A stretch of 63,862 nucleotides of DNA, filler included, from Octopus bimaculoides (GCF_001194135.2; 5 parts of 5 records of this genome joined end to end with filler, not necessarily neighbours in it), one strand, 5' to 3'. Shown: positions 26,111 to 39,063, numbered from the whole stretch's first letter. The notes: generated from the sequence alone by a model not told the origin. Numbers and translations: made by a program.

Positions 26111-26417
26111 GGAGGCGCAATGGCTCAGTGGTTAGGGCAGCGGACTTGCGGTCATAGGATCGCGGTTTCGATTCCCAGACCAGGCGTTGTGAGTGTTTAT
26201 TGAGCGAAAACACCTAAAGCTCCACGAGGCTCCGGCAGGGGATGGTGGCGAACCCTGCTGTATTCTTTCCCCACAACTTTCTCTCACTCTTTCTTCCTGT
26301 TTCTTTTGTGCCTGTAATTCAAAGGGTCAGTCTTGTCACACTGTGTCACGCTGAATATCCCCGAGAACTACGTTAAGGGTACACGTGTCTGTGGAGTGCT
26401 CAGCCACTTGCACGTTA
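26111..26417 (+). mobile_element. SINE family C, young-looking copy, 3' end lost in the gap
   Basis: Head ggaggcgcaatggctcagtggttagggcagcggact...ggtttcgattccc with A and B boxes; body cttgtcacactgtgtcacgctgaat...gttaagggtacac...gccacttgcacgtta recurs at 35250 and 61640. Confidence 0.85.
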
Positions 26418-27029
26418 NNNNNNNNNNNNNNNNNNNNNNNNNNNNNNNNNNNNNNNNNNNNNNNNNNNNNNNNNNNNNNNNNNNNNNNNNNNNNNNNNNN
26501 NNNNNNNNNNNNNNNNNNNNNNNNNNNNNNNNNNNNNNNNNNNNNNNNNNNNNNNNNNNNNNNNNNNNNNNNNNNNNNNNNNNNNNNNNNNNNNNNNNNN
26601 NNNNNNNNNNNNNNNNNNNNNNNNNNNNNNNNNNNNNNNNNNNNNNNNNNNNNNNNNNNNNNNNNNNNNNNNNNNNNNNNNNNNNNNNNNNNNNNNNNNN
26701 NNNNNNNNNNNNNNNNNNNNNNNNNNNNNNNNNNNNNNNNNNNNNNNNNNNNNNNNNNNNNNNNNNNNNNNNNNNNNNNNNNNNNNNNNNNNNNNNNNNN
26801 NNNNNNNNNNNNNNNNNNNNNNNNNNNNNNNNNNNNNNNNNNNNNNNNNNNNNNNNNNNNNNNNNNNNNNNNNNNNNNNNNNNNNNNNTATATATATATA
26901 TATATATATCCATTTAAAAGTGAGTGTTGTGTTAGAACACAGAACACTATAATAATTACTGTAAGAGAACCTCTAATATGGGACTTGTGGTGCATATAAG
27001 AACTCGTGCTTATATAGCTAGCGGAAGAT

Positions 27030-27385
27030 AACCACATGCCTTCAGGTCCCGTTCCACGGCATGGCAACTTGAACAAGTGTCTTTTACTATAGCCCCGAAC
27101 CGATCAAAGTCTTGTGAGTGGTATAGGTAAACGGAAACTGAAAGAAGCCTCGGTTATCTGTGTGGATACATGTATGTATGTGTCTTTGTCTCGCCTGATA
27201 GCCAGCGTTGGTTTGTTTACATTCCCGTAACTAAGCAGTTCAAACAAAGAGACCCATAGCATAAGTACCAGACTTTAAAAAAAAAGAAAGAAAACATACT
27301 GAGGTCAATTGTTCGACTAAAACGCTTCAAGGTGGTGCCTCAGCATGGCCGCAGTCCAATCATTGAAACAAGCAAAAGGTAAAGA
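27030..27385 (+). mobile_element. SINE family A, near full length, diverged
   Basis: Both halves present: cttgaacaagtgtcttttactatagcccc...ggaaactgaaagaagc...cagcatggccgcagtc. Confidence 0.8.
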
Positions 27386-28334
27386 TACTTGTACGTAATG
27401 ACCATACAATTTGTATGAGATTACACATATGTGTAAAATAAAAGAATCATTTTTTGTTAAGTCAGAATATTTATTGAAGTTTTCTATGACTTTTCCTGTA
27501 TTCACTTGCCTATCACAGAGATATATACAAATGTTATAGTGTATGTATTAGATGTACAATCCAAGATTCTGTGTACCAGGGCATTGAAATGTGTAAACAG
27601 CTGTTGAAGATAGAAATGTTTTCTGTCATTGAAAAGGAAAACCGTATCTTGTTAAATTTCTAGCAACCACTTGAAGTATTTCAAATTTTCACCAGATTTT
27701 TTCAACGTTTTCTACACTGATGTAGTTTCGAAAATTTAACAAGATTCTAAAGGGCTGTGCCTAAATGATATCAACTATGGTTTAAGTATTTCAATAATGA
27801 TTGCTGTTGAGTTGATGCTTGTTAAATTTCTTGAGGTACTCAAGTAACTGGAAGAAATTTAACAAGATCCAGGAAATTTAGCTCTTGGTATGTGGAGAAT
27901 ACCATCTCCCTAATACATTCTCAGACAGGTGTTACTAGTTAAACACTTATACGGGATGTAATAGTTTGAACTCTGTATTATTCGTAATACGTGGATTACA
28001 ATTTTGTCGGTTATTCTTCTTGGCAAACGTAGTGTGTTATACTTTAGAACTAACAATTCCGTAAAAAATGTTTTAATGATTCCATTTCTGGAGAATGTGC
28101 GTTCTTGGCGGGACGTGTTTAGGTTTTTCGTACAGGAAATACTTTTGAAATCAAGGAAATTTGATAATTGTCTATCTGCATCTTTAAATACTTGTGTCGG
28201 AAAACGGAAATATAGACAAGAAAAAACAAACAAAAAAAAAAAAAANNNNNNNNNNAAAAAAAAAAAAAAAAAACATTTCAATACGATTACAAAAAAAGTC
28301 ACAAGAAAAGAGTAACATCACATCTAAATATCAT

Positions 28335-28575
28335 AAGTAATTTTTTTTTAGTATAGGGAGAGGACCTGAAATTTGGCGGCAATGTGTTAATCGATTAAAT
28401 CGATACTCAGCACGGGATTAGTACTTTATTTTATTGACCGCAGAAGGATGCTAGGTAAAGTTGATGGCGGCAAAATTTGAACTCAAAGTGTAAAGAGATG
28501 GCAGAGTGGCTAAAGCCTCTAAAAGAATGACTTGTGGTCATTCTTTACGAGGCTTTAGCCACTCTGCCAATCTAG
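28335..28575 (-). mobile_element. SINE family B copy whose head region is replaced by a long hairpin
   Basis: Family B body at 28335-28498, then an inverted repeat at 28499-28569. Confidence 0.7.
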
Positions 28576-30638
28576 TGCTCGCAAATACCAGAAATAACAT
28601 TTAAAGTAATTAAATATTTTAAGTAACTTATTAACTAACAATAAATGATTTATACACAGTCACAGTGCAGGTTATATTACAGTAGATTACGATTTACACA
28701 ATTTGTTAAATGCCTTCGACAGTGTAATTGTTTACTTCTTATATATTAGTCTATAACTAAACAAATTATAATGAAATAAATCAAAAGCAATTTACAAAAA
28801 ATCGGATTTTACAATTATGATTTCGTTACATCATGTTTATATCACATTTATTTCAGCTTGTTTTAGAAAGTAATTCTTTCACTTATCTCGTCGAGTTCCC
28901 GGCAAATAACGATCTCTACCGACTTCAGTAGTTTCACTTTCTGGATCACAAAACGAAGCATCGTCCTCAAATCATTTATTGAAAGTTTCCTGAGACATTT
29001 CATCATGTACCTTTATTCTGAGATTTTTTTTTTTTTTTGCTGGTGACTTTTCTACTTGCTTTCGTTGTGTTGTGCAATGAGTGCTCTATTGTTTTTACTA
29101 TGAGTCACTATTTGACGATCCTTGAGGTTAGTGCTCTACTTCTTTATCTATTAGCGACTAGTATAATTTTGTATGACGGCCGGCAGAGATTTTAAAAAAA
29201 AGTTGGCTTAGTGAGACCCAACATCTAGAGCGATCATGAGAGCTCTTATTGTCTTCTAATCATGATTAAGAGAAGGTAGCATAATGAGGTTTTCTTGGTG
29301 AGTAGCATTCGTGTTTCCTTGCAGTTGAAAAAAAAAAGACATCTCAATTAGAGGTTGCTTCTGAACTCTTTATTCATGGAGTCACTGCGGGTTTGGTTTG
29401 TAGCGTCTAGGATGTGAGTGAATGATGGTTGTGGAAGGTTATGGAAGAATGAAGAGTAATATTGGCTGCGTAAGAGTGGGCGTTATTGGACGTGACAGTA
29501 ATTGGTCATTGGTGTATAGAAGGAAGAGATAGGGGGATAAAACGAACCCAGAGTTGATAAAATGAGGATCAGAAAGAGCTCCGTCAAACACACCTCACAC
29601 GTTCCAACAGAACGATTTGATAGGAAGTTAACGATTAAAGAAATGGGAACCAGATGAAACTCAAAGGTGAACAGTTACAATAGCTTGCTTGCCAGACACG
29701 GTTGAAAGCTTAGCTAATGTTGGGGGCAACATTTTCTTTTACCAAGCTTCTTCAGGGTAGGAGCTCACTGGTGAGTGATATAGGAGATTAAACGGTTTAC
29801 TGAAATCAATTCTACAATACAAAAACAACAACCCAACTTAAATACAATCCGAAATATACGAAAAAAATTTCAAATCTTCGCCGGTCACTAAGTAAAGTGA
29901 TATTAACTGTTAATAAACAAAGTGAAAATAAACTAGTAAACGCAAGGACTGCTCTCATTTTTTTATTTTATAAAACTGTTTACAACTTAGAAGAGCTGGA
30001 GTGAAGTAGCACGACGACGCGCTAAAAATGCTCTACATACTATGATAAAACCAGGCCAGAATTTGGTATTGTAAGTCCGTAGTCAATAAAAAAATAAGTA
30101 ACATCAATATATAATCTAGAATTTGTCTACTATACTCCTTCGCTCTTGATGAAAAAAAAAATAATAACAGAGAAAAAAAAATCTCACAATACATAAATAT
30201 CACTCCCCCCCCCCAATTCCTACAAGCCTAAAAATTACCCCCCACCCCAAAATCGATATCAACTCGCACCTTATCAAAACTTTCACACGTTGTCTAAAAT
30301 ATGTCAATAATAAGTAAAGATTCTGACTGACAAGATCTTAGAAAGTTTTATATCAACGCCCTCAGAGCTGTTAAGTAAAACATAACTGCACCAAATTAGC
30401 TACTCGCACACTTTATTTTCCCAGTCTTTTATGAGGTTCATATAACACAAATTCTCTTTCAAGTTGTAAGCGACCTGTCTACTCGTACGGTTTAGCAGCC
30501 AAGTTATTCTTTGATGCTGAACCGCCTTTCACAGTTAGCTAGTGATGCCGTTGTCGATTGATCTTATTTGTTTGTTTATTTATTTCTACATTACTACTAT
30601 CATCAATTCAGTGTTGGTTGGGGATCTTTTTTAAAACG

Positions 30639-31166
30639 GGGGCCACACTTTTCATTAAAGAAACACTTTGAAACTTGGAACACTGGTAGAATGTGTCATA
30701 TAAAACATCTTTTTCTCTTAGTCTTCTTAAAAAAAAAAGAAATCCATAAGTTATTCCATGTTAAAGTTGTCGTATTTCTGTAATTTCAACCAATCACTGA
30801 CGTCCATTCAGCCGATATACATTAAGTGCCGACTACATAAACAAACGATTCTAAAACAAGTGACCCTAACCCTAGTGTTAGGGTTAGGGTTAAAGCAAAT
30901 TTAAAATGAAAAAAGCAAATAAAACGAAGGTATGGAGATTAAATACGCTTTACATCGCTTAATCAGCCAAAGGAGTAAATATAAACAACTGAATACTTGT
31001 CAGTGATTGGTTGAAATTATCGAAATAAGACAATTTTTTACATGAAATAAATTCGAATACAAAAATATTTTTCTGTTCTATAACACAAAATAGATAAGTA
31101 TACGAAGTTTGAAAGTTTTTCCGTACCAAAAACACTACGTAAAACATTAATGAAAAATGTGGCCCC
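30639..31166. mobile_element. Fold-back MITE with GGGG..CCCC ends (Kolobok-like, tentative)
   Basis: TIR ggggccacacttttcattaa / ttaatgaaaaatgtggcccc (19/20); second inverted repeat pair at 30757-30811 / 30989-31044. Confidence 0.8.
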
Positions 31167-31359
31167 TTTCCTTGGTTGGAAAGTTTAAATTAGAGTAGAC
31201 TATAGTGATAGTAACGTAGAGCTAAAACTAAATGATAGCAGTAGTTGTGGTTGTATACAACAGGACTAGTTGTATAGTTAGATTTTGTATTTATATAGCA
31301 GTATTAGCCTATTTAGTATTAGGTCGCTCCTATCTAGGATGCATTATAGATATATAAAT

Positions 31360-31445
31360 CGTCCCTAGTACTTGATTGGTACTTTATTTTATCAACTTTA
31401 GAATGATGAGAGTCAAAGCTGACATCGGCGGGAATTGAACTCAAA
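31360..31445 (-). mobile_element. SINE family B fragment
   Basis: gtacttgattggtactttattttatc...gtcaaagctgacatcggcgggaattgaactca. Confidence 0.6.
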
Positions 31446-34400
31446 CCATCATTTATATCATTTGAATACAGCCCTATATGGTCTAAGTATTTCAATAATG
31501 ATTGTGGTTGATGTTTGTTATTGCAATGATCTACGTGTTTGTAATTAACAGGACTTAAAGTATGTGATACACCCATTGTACCGAAACAAGCGCTGGGAGT
31601 GAAGTATATATCTGAATACTAATTAAGAAACGTTTTTTCCATGACGAAATTTTCCCCAATGACATGAAATCATACATAAATATATACACATTCGTTTATG
31701 CGTGATTATGGATTAAATATTTATACACTCACACGCACACACATATATGTATATTTACACACACGACTAATCTCGCAATCGTTCACCTCTTTAAACTAAA
31801 TATCCTCACGGGAGAATTAACGAAACAAAAAGCTATAATAAATACAACTCTAACTATAACGTGTTTATATTAACTATACTATTTTCCACTGAGTAAAGAA
31901 AAAAAAAAAGTCACAACATAAATGTAATAATAATAGGAAAAATATAACAGGAGATATCGTGAACCTACAGCTTCGGTATTGCGTAAAAGTTAATTGCACA
32001 ACATTCTGAAATATATAAACGACGTTTTTGTTTAAGAAATAAGAGAATGTACCTTCATGTTAGTGAATAAATATCCCGATCACAAATAAATAAAACTATC
32101 GAGTTTATCGTAACTAAAAATAAATGAATAATCCTTAAGCCTAATACTGCTAGTAACGTCCTAATGTAAAGTATATTTCTTAATTCTCTGGATGTGTGTA
32201 CTTCGGGATGCAAACTTAACAGTAATTATTTCATAGTTTAATAGAGATGATTTTTATGTAATGTCTGAATCTCTGAAGCAGCGCTGAGAAAATTAGAGCA
32301 TAACTTTCTTAAGAGGGTTACTCTTTCGATGTCATTAGTAATTTAGCACTTCACTTTTTTCTAACGCCGTGTGAAATCACTCAATAAGATATTTAAACTC
32401 AAAAGCCGACTTGGTAAATCGACATTTCACATTTTATGTAGTCTTTCCTGATGCCAGACATAATAAACTAAAGTCAATGATTTATATACGTTGATACAGA
32501 AATAATATTTTAAAGCGACAAACTATAAAATTATTTTACCTGTGGACGCGTATTTGTGTGTTGTAGCCGTTAGTTTGAGGAGGAACAAGTGCATGTAATT
32601 TTTAGGACTCTTCGAGCGCTTCTTTATTTACCTCACATCTTTTTTTTTTCATTACATGGGCATTTCAAAATGAGAAGAAAGAAAATTCACCTGCATTTGT
32701 ATCAATACATGTACAATCTCAATTATTCCAATTTCAACTTCATACTCTCAGATAATATCTTTTCACATGCATATTTATCTGCGATGAATCACAAACGTTT
32801 ACCATCTTTACCTCGATTCACTTATTTTCATGACCACATGTATCATATTCCGTAGGAAGACAAATTTTCGTCAAAGACAATTGTATGGTCATTCGTCCAT
32901 ATTTCTAAAACAAATTCTCCATAAATTATAATTTGAAATAGTCTGTATTCAGTAATGACATAAGAATCAGTGAAAATATGGTATGATGCAGGGTAATAAC
33001 AAAGGCAGTGCTGTTCTCCCAAATTAGGTGGGATGTAGGGTCAACATGGAAAGGAAGATTCAGCAAAACGAAATGCAATTTTATTTATTATGGTCTTGGA
33101 GATTACGAATGGGAAGAAATTCATCAAGGGGAGAAATGAGTGGGTTTAGATAAGTGGGTTACAAAGTTCGCTAGTCCAAAGAACAAAAACATTGTAGTAA
33201 AGTAGAACAGACAAGAATCTAGTACAACAGTGTATCATATAGGCTGAGAGTTGCTTTTCAAGCAATTTTTTTTTCAGTTGTAGTGCTGTGAACACCATCT
33301 CAAATCTGAATGGTACACTGGTGTATGCTACTTCTTTAGGAAATCTCTGTGGATTGTGTTGAATGTAAAATGGAACATCGTTAGTGAGTGAGCTGCTTTT
33401 AGCTGTGTAACGCGTTGTTTGCTCTTGAATAGTGATGAACATTGCATGTTTTTGTGAGGTAGCATTTGACAGCGTACAAGTTTATTCAAAATTTTCCTTT
33501 CCTTCATACCTTCTCATCCATACTTATAAGATATGTAGCTCTGGATCCCCGACACAACTCACCCTATCACTCTACCCCTCCTTTCTCATTAAACTCTGAC
33601 ATTAATCCCCTTCTTTTTCCTTGTCCCTTCCATACTCTCTCATCCAATAGTAACTACTCTTCTACTCTTTCCACACCCACCTTCTCACAACTATAAATCT
33701 ATTTTCCTCATCATACTGTCTTATTGCACCGTCTTTTCCATTCTCTTGCTATAGGAAGTGTCTTTAAGCCCTTAATCTTTTAAGGTGTAAAGCAACTGAT
33801 TAGTGCTGGTGACAAATATCAAAACAAAGAAACAAAAAAATAAACCCACCACACCCATTAAAACCATGCCAAAGTATACATGGGCACATGATATGGTCCT
33901 CGGTCTCCTTGGATCCTGTAAACTGTCAAAACTATACCTGCATAGAAAACAGATGTCAAATAAAAATGATGATGATGGTAGTACTAGTGGTCAAAGAGCA
34001 ATAACTATAAAAATACTTAAAGATAACCACTATTGAAAAATATTAATTTTTCAAAGTCTTGTAATCGTTTATTTTGATGGGTTATGATTTCTAAATCTAC
34101 TCTTGGCATTTTCTTTGTTTGCTGAGCTACAGTTCATTGCTACAGTTCACCTATCTGATGGCAGTAGGTACCAAATCATATGATAATGTTATTTGTGATA
34201 GACTTGTGCTGTATCCAAAGGGAAATTTATCTCCAAATACTTCATGCTATCAAACTAAGAACTAAGCACTATTGTATCAATTAGTTCTCCACCTAGGGGG
34301 ATATTTATTATGCATTTACTTTCTAAGCCTCATCCAAAATTATCTCTTATCAAATAGATATTACTTTATCCTGTCGAACTTCAGACTGTAAAAAAACAAA

Positions 34401-35109
34401 CGAAGTCAACCATCTTTGCCGCAGATCATTGAGCATAGAGCTCTTCTGGTTGATATTATGTAATTGTATTTATTTGACTCGACTCTGTCTTTCTTGTTCC
34501 CATGTGTGTATTGTATAATATGTAATGTATTTATTGTGACAAGGAGTGTGGGGGGTTTCTAGTACAATCTTGTCAGTATGACTTGTAAATAATACATCAC
34601 TTTCGATGATTAGTAACAATATTGGAAAGCTTGAAAATGATGAAATAAAAACAAACAAGAAAACAACATTAAAAGGCACTTGCTAGTAACACTGGCTAGC
34701 ACCATTTCTTTTTAATCATTAGATTGTATCAAAAGCTTATACAACTTTGCACAGGCCTGTGTGTCTGATTTAACTACAGTTTCTTTATTTGATCATTCTG
34801 GTAAAACATACAAACTCACAAGTGGCCTATTTTATATTAAGGGAGCGCAAAAGAAAGAAGAGAGAGATAGGAAAGATTTTCAAGAAAAGGAGAAGAAAAA
34901 AATGAAAATGAAAGTAGATATATTATTTATTGAAGCTGAAGTTGTTGAGAGAAGCTGCAGTTTTTAAGTAGTTTGACAGCAATTTCTATATCACAGGGAG
35001 CAGTAGAGGCAGAAAGATCTTTGAATGCAGTGCTCTAGTCATTTGAAAATCCTCAATGTTGAAACTGCATTGTCATAGCACCTGAACAGCCTGAAGGGTA
35101 GGAACTTAC

Positions 35110-35138
35110 TTTTCAGATCACTGTAATGGTGGAGCAAC
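35110..35138 (-). CDS. Probable 29-nt exon of the minus-strand gene (VAPPLQ* in phase 0, or LLHHYSDLK in phase 2)
   Basis: Acceptor tcattttatttccAG and donor gtaagt are both consensus; reading frame unresolved. Confidence 0.5.
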
Positions 35139-35249
35139 CTGGAAATAAAATGAATGATTACTTAGGATGGAAGATTTGCATTTCAGTAATGTATAAACAT
35201 ATACCTTGAGAGTTTGTTTTGGCATATCATCACTATCATCTTTATCTCC

Positions 35250-35545
35250 TCCTTGGCTCATGATTGTAAGGTTGTGAGTTCGATTCCCAGTAGTGTGTTG
35301 CGTCCTTGAGCAAGACACTTTATTTCACATTGCTCCAATTCACTCAGCTGGCAAAAGTGAGTTATATTTGTATTTCAAAAGACTAGCCTTGTCACATTCT
35401 GTGTTATGATAAATCTCTCTCAGAACGACATTAAGGGTACACATATCTCTGGAATGCTGAGCCACTTGCATGTTAATTTCATGAGCAGGCTGTTCTGTTG
35501 ATCATATCAACTGGGACCTTCATTGTTGTAACCAATGGATTGACA
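35250..35545 (+). mobile_element. SINE family C-related copy, old and CpG-decayed
   Basis: gttcgattccc B-box, gtccttgagcaagacac segment, ttaagggtacac...gccacttgcatgttaatttcatgagcaggctg. Confidence 0.75.
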
Positions 35546-36221
35546 ATTAACTACTCCTAACCACCCCTATATAATGTGTGGTTGCCATGTATCCCTTCTT
35601 TAGCAAGACACCTAATCTGTTCCTCAATCATATTTTATCCTTTCAACATTTTGCATAAAGCTACTGCCCCTTCAATTTGAAGTACTATCAAATGATAATG
35701 GCTGTTCACTGAGATATAAAATATAATAAACGAAATATACAACAGTTGATTGACATAATTGGTAGTTTGTAGAATTCACTTGTAATTTATAGAGTTCTAA
35801 ATACTAATTACAAACACCAAGGAATGATTTCTCACTGTATGCAAAACATTTGTTGTTGTGTAGCTTCTAACTGGGTTAGCTTGAGCAGATCAATAGCAGA
35901 GACTTAATCAATTCTTTAACAGCAAGACACATTTACAACATCCCATATTTTCAGATCTAAACTGCTCTGTGATTAGTTCGGGATCAAGTGTCATTAACAC
36001 TTTGGTGTTCTACATATAATCACCTGGTCGCTAATGTTGATCATTTTGTTCAAAAATTTACATCTTAAAACCTGTTTGTTGTACAGTTCTCATTTTCAAA
36101 GCTGATAGGAACTTTGTTGAGAGAAATTTGACTGCTATATTGGACAAGTCAAGCACCTTTACAAGGGATTTTCATTTCCAACACAAAAGATTGTATTTAT
36201 ATGTAATATATAAACACACAA

Positions 36222-36610
36222 TAGGTGCAGGAGTAGCTGTGTGGTAAGTAGCTTGCTTACCAACCACATACTTTCTGGTTCAGTCCCACTGTGTAGCACC
36301 TTGGGCAAGTGTCTTCTACTATAGCCTCGGGCTGACCAAAGCCTTGTGAGTGGATTTGGTTGACAGAAACGGAAAGAAGCCTGTCGTGTATATACATATG
36401 TGTGTGTTTGTGTGTCTATGTTTGTCCCCCTACCATTGCTTGGCAACCAATGTTGGTGTGTTTACGTCCCCGTAACTTAGCAGTTGGGCAAAAGAGACCC
36501 ATAGAATAAGTACTAGGCTTACAAAGAATAAGTCCTGGGGTTGATTTGTTCGAGCAAAGGCGGTGCTCCAGCATAGCTGCAGTCATGATGACTGAAACAA
36601 GTAAAAGAAA
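36222..36610 (+). mobile_element. SINE family A, full length, CpG-decayed
   Basis: Colinear with the 60265 copy, including the internal TA/TG tract. Confidence 0.9.
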
Positions 36611-37002
36611 GACATGCATGTGCATGCATGTGCACACACACATACACTCACATTAGAAGTTTAAAGTTTGCTTTGAGCAAACTCATTATATGAATAACCA
36701 CAGCATATAAAAATTAGCTTTGAGTCCTATGATGCATGGAGTCCTCAGGTAACTGCCCAATGTGTCAATGCCTTAAGTTCATACTAGAGAGAATTAAATT
36801 GTGCAAGATGTTTTTGATGCAGGACAAGAATTAGTGATACAATAACTGTGTGGCTGGAAAGAAGAACAAACATGAACAAAAGCATTCTTATGATGCTAAA
36901 ATAAATGAAACACTAAACTGATCCCAGAAGTGAGATACTGAGAGGCAGTGAATCCTAAGTGATAAGTGAATATTTATTAAGAGGACCTATCCAACACAAG
37001 TT

Positions 37003-37619
37003 GGATCTATTCCATCTCAATCACAGATTTTTTAAAATTAATTTTTTTTAACTAAACAATTTGAAACTTTGAATACTGGTACAATTTCTCACGTAGAACA
37101 CAAGATGTAATGTTATTGTCATGATTTTATCTTACCATAATCAACAACAAACACATTTCATCAATATAAAAGTCTTTATTAGATAAAAAATAACATTATC
37201 AAAACATGAAGTTAAAACAGAACAAATAGCGGCTTATACACCGGAAAATATGGTAATTGTAGTGGCAGTGACAAGTTCACTCGCTGGTTGATAGTGTAGA
37301 AGGGAGGGAAAGAGTAAGGAATGTACAGTGCTGACTAGAAAGGAAGAAAGAATAAAAGTGGTTTGCTCGCCATACAGTTCCTCTTTGATTACTATTGCAA
37401 ACAGCAATAGCTTTCTTCAACCGAATACACGTCATTGATTGGTTGAAATTATCCAAATACAACTTTAACATGAAATAACTTCTAAAATATGAAATTTGTC
37501 AAAAACGTTCAGAGTAAACCATATTCTACATGAGAAATTCTACCAGTAGTTGAAGTTTCAAACTGTTTAGTTAAAAAAAAATTAATTGAAAAATCTGTGA
37601 ATGAGATGGAATAGATTCC
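37003..37619. mobile_element. MITE with about 95-bp terminal inverted repeats, related to the 30639 element
   Basis: ggatctattccatctca..tcacagatttt..ttttttttaactaaacaatttgaaac..ctcacgtagaa is mirrored by ttctacatgag..gtttcaaactgtttagttaaaaaaaa..aatctgtga..tgagatggaatagattcc. Confidence 0.8.
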
Positions 37620-37689
37620 ATAAGTCATTGTGGAAAAATGTATGTTATGATGCTGGAAGTAATGATGATGCTGATCCAGGAGAATAAGG

Positions 37690-37912
37690 TAATATTCTCT
37701 CTAATTTTGGCACAAGACCAGCAGTTTTGAGAAGAGTAATTTGATTACATTGACCCCAGTACTTGACTGGGACTTTATTTTATTGACTCTGAAAGGCTAA
37801 AAATAAAAGCTGACGACAGTAGGATTTGAACTTAGAATGTAAAGAGTTGGAAGAAATGCCATAAGCATTTTGCCTGAGGTGCTAATGGTTCTACCAGCTC
37901 ACTACCTTGAAA
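37690..37912 (-). mobile_element. SINE family B, full length, CpG-decayed
   Basis: tctctaattttggcacaagacc...ttgaccccagtact...gatttgaacttagaatgtaaag...ccagctcactacctt. Confidence 0.8.
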
Positions 37913-38142
37913 TATAGTAATACTGGATACAAACTTCAGATAACAGTTCAATTTTTAATTAATTGACTAAAAGTATATCAAAATATAATTCAGATTACTC
38001 TAACAAAAGCAAACAAACACAAAACAACAAAAAAACCTAATTAGTTACCCTAATAAAAACAAACTAAAAAAAAATCAAACAGCTGATAATGAAATGAAAT
38101 TAAATAGTTCATTATTATTAAATTATGTAAACAAGAACTTAC

Positions 38143-38242
38143 AACAACAAGGCCTCCTGCTTTGTTTTTCTTCACAGAATATACGGCCCCTTTGGAGAAC
38201 TGAATGTTTCCTTGTTTACCACTTGATACATCATGCGTGATA
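38143..38242 (-). CDS. Exon (100 nt, phase 2/0) of an unidentified gene: (S)ITHDVSSGKQGNIQFSKGAVYSVKKNKAGGLVV
   Basis: Acceptor ctttttttttctatAG, donor gtaagt, open frame in phase with the 39064 exon. Confidence 0.8.
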
Positions 38243-39063
38243 CTATAGAAAAAAAAAAAGCAAATCAAATACGATAATTCTAACTGAAAGGAAATAGAAA
38301 AAAATAAAAATTTTGAGAAATGCCAACCAAATAATCTATCAGATTGAACACCTCTCAAATCATAAGCATTATAAAGATATCTGCTGAGTTTCTATTTTAT
38401 TTCCTTTCACTCATAACTACTAGGTCTGTGTTCACAGCTCTACCTCTGTCATCAATTTGTAATTGGCATCAGAGTAGGTTTGAGCCATAGTAAATAAGAA
38501 AAGTCACTGCAAGAATTGGTGGCTTGGTGTGCTGAGAGCATTCAGGTTTTGAGGTTTTATCTTATGGGAGCAGAGATGTTGATGGTAATATAATGGCTGA
38601 GATACACAAAATTAAAAAAAAAAAAGATATTATTGTGGGCTATAATAACAGAGGCGAACCCAGTGGTGGGGTGGGCCTAAGTGCACATGCACCCCTCAAG
38701 AAAAGAAGTCATCCTTTTAAATAATGTTATTATGTCCTTTTTTTCTGGAATTGTATTCCCTTCAAAAAATCCCTGGGACTGTGCCTGAATATATTAGTAT
38801 ATTGAGCACACTTTCCCATTTACAACTATGAGGAAGGAACAGTTCACAGCTTAAGATCTTTTTAGCATTACTCATTACAGAGGATCTGTAATGCAAGTTT
38901 CTTGTTGAAAAGAGCCTCAAATGCATCTGTGATTTCTTTGGATGACAATAAAAATTATGAAATGAAATAGTTCAAGCAGAAATCAAACCTGTATTGTAGT
39001 CTCAGCTCACTGAGAGCCTGCCATTACTTTATGACATTCTAGATATTGCAAAATATGTCTTAC

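Noticed and set aside
26111-26185. tRNA-like sequence with A and B boxes
   Set aside because: Continues directly into a SINE body found elsewhere in the window; a SINE head, not a tRNA gene. The same applies to family A and B heads.
27910-28230. Overlapping ORFs open on both strands
   Set aside because: No recognisable motifs, weak donors, and the ORF lengths are inflated by the adjacent A/T tract and gap.
28840-29300. Faint similarity to a Chapaev-type transposase (KQAEIN)
   Set aside because: Only a few residues match, with many stops; not supportable by eye.
35836-36090. Candidate bridging exons LTQLEATQQQMFCIQ and VLRCKFLNKMINISDQ for the minus-strand gene
   Set aside because: Phases fit but the acceptors are poor, and the first overlaps a repeat-like tail; left unresolved.
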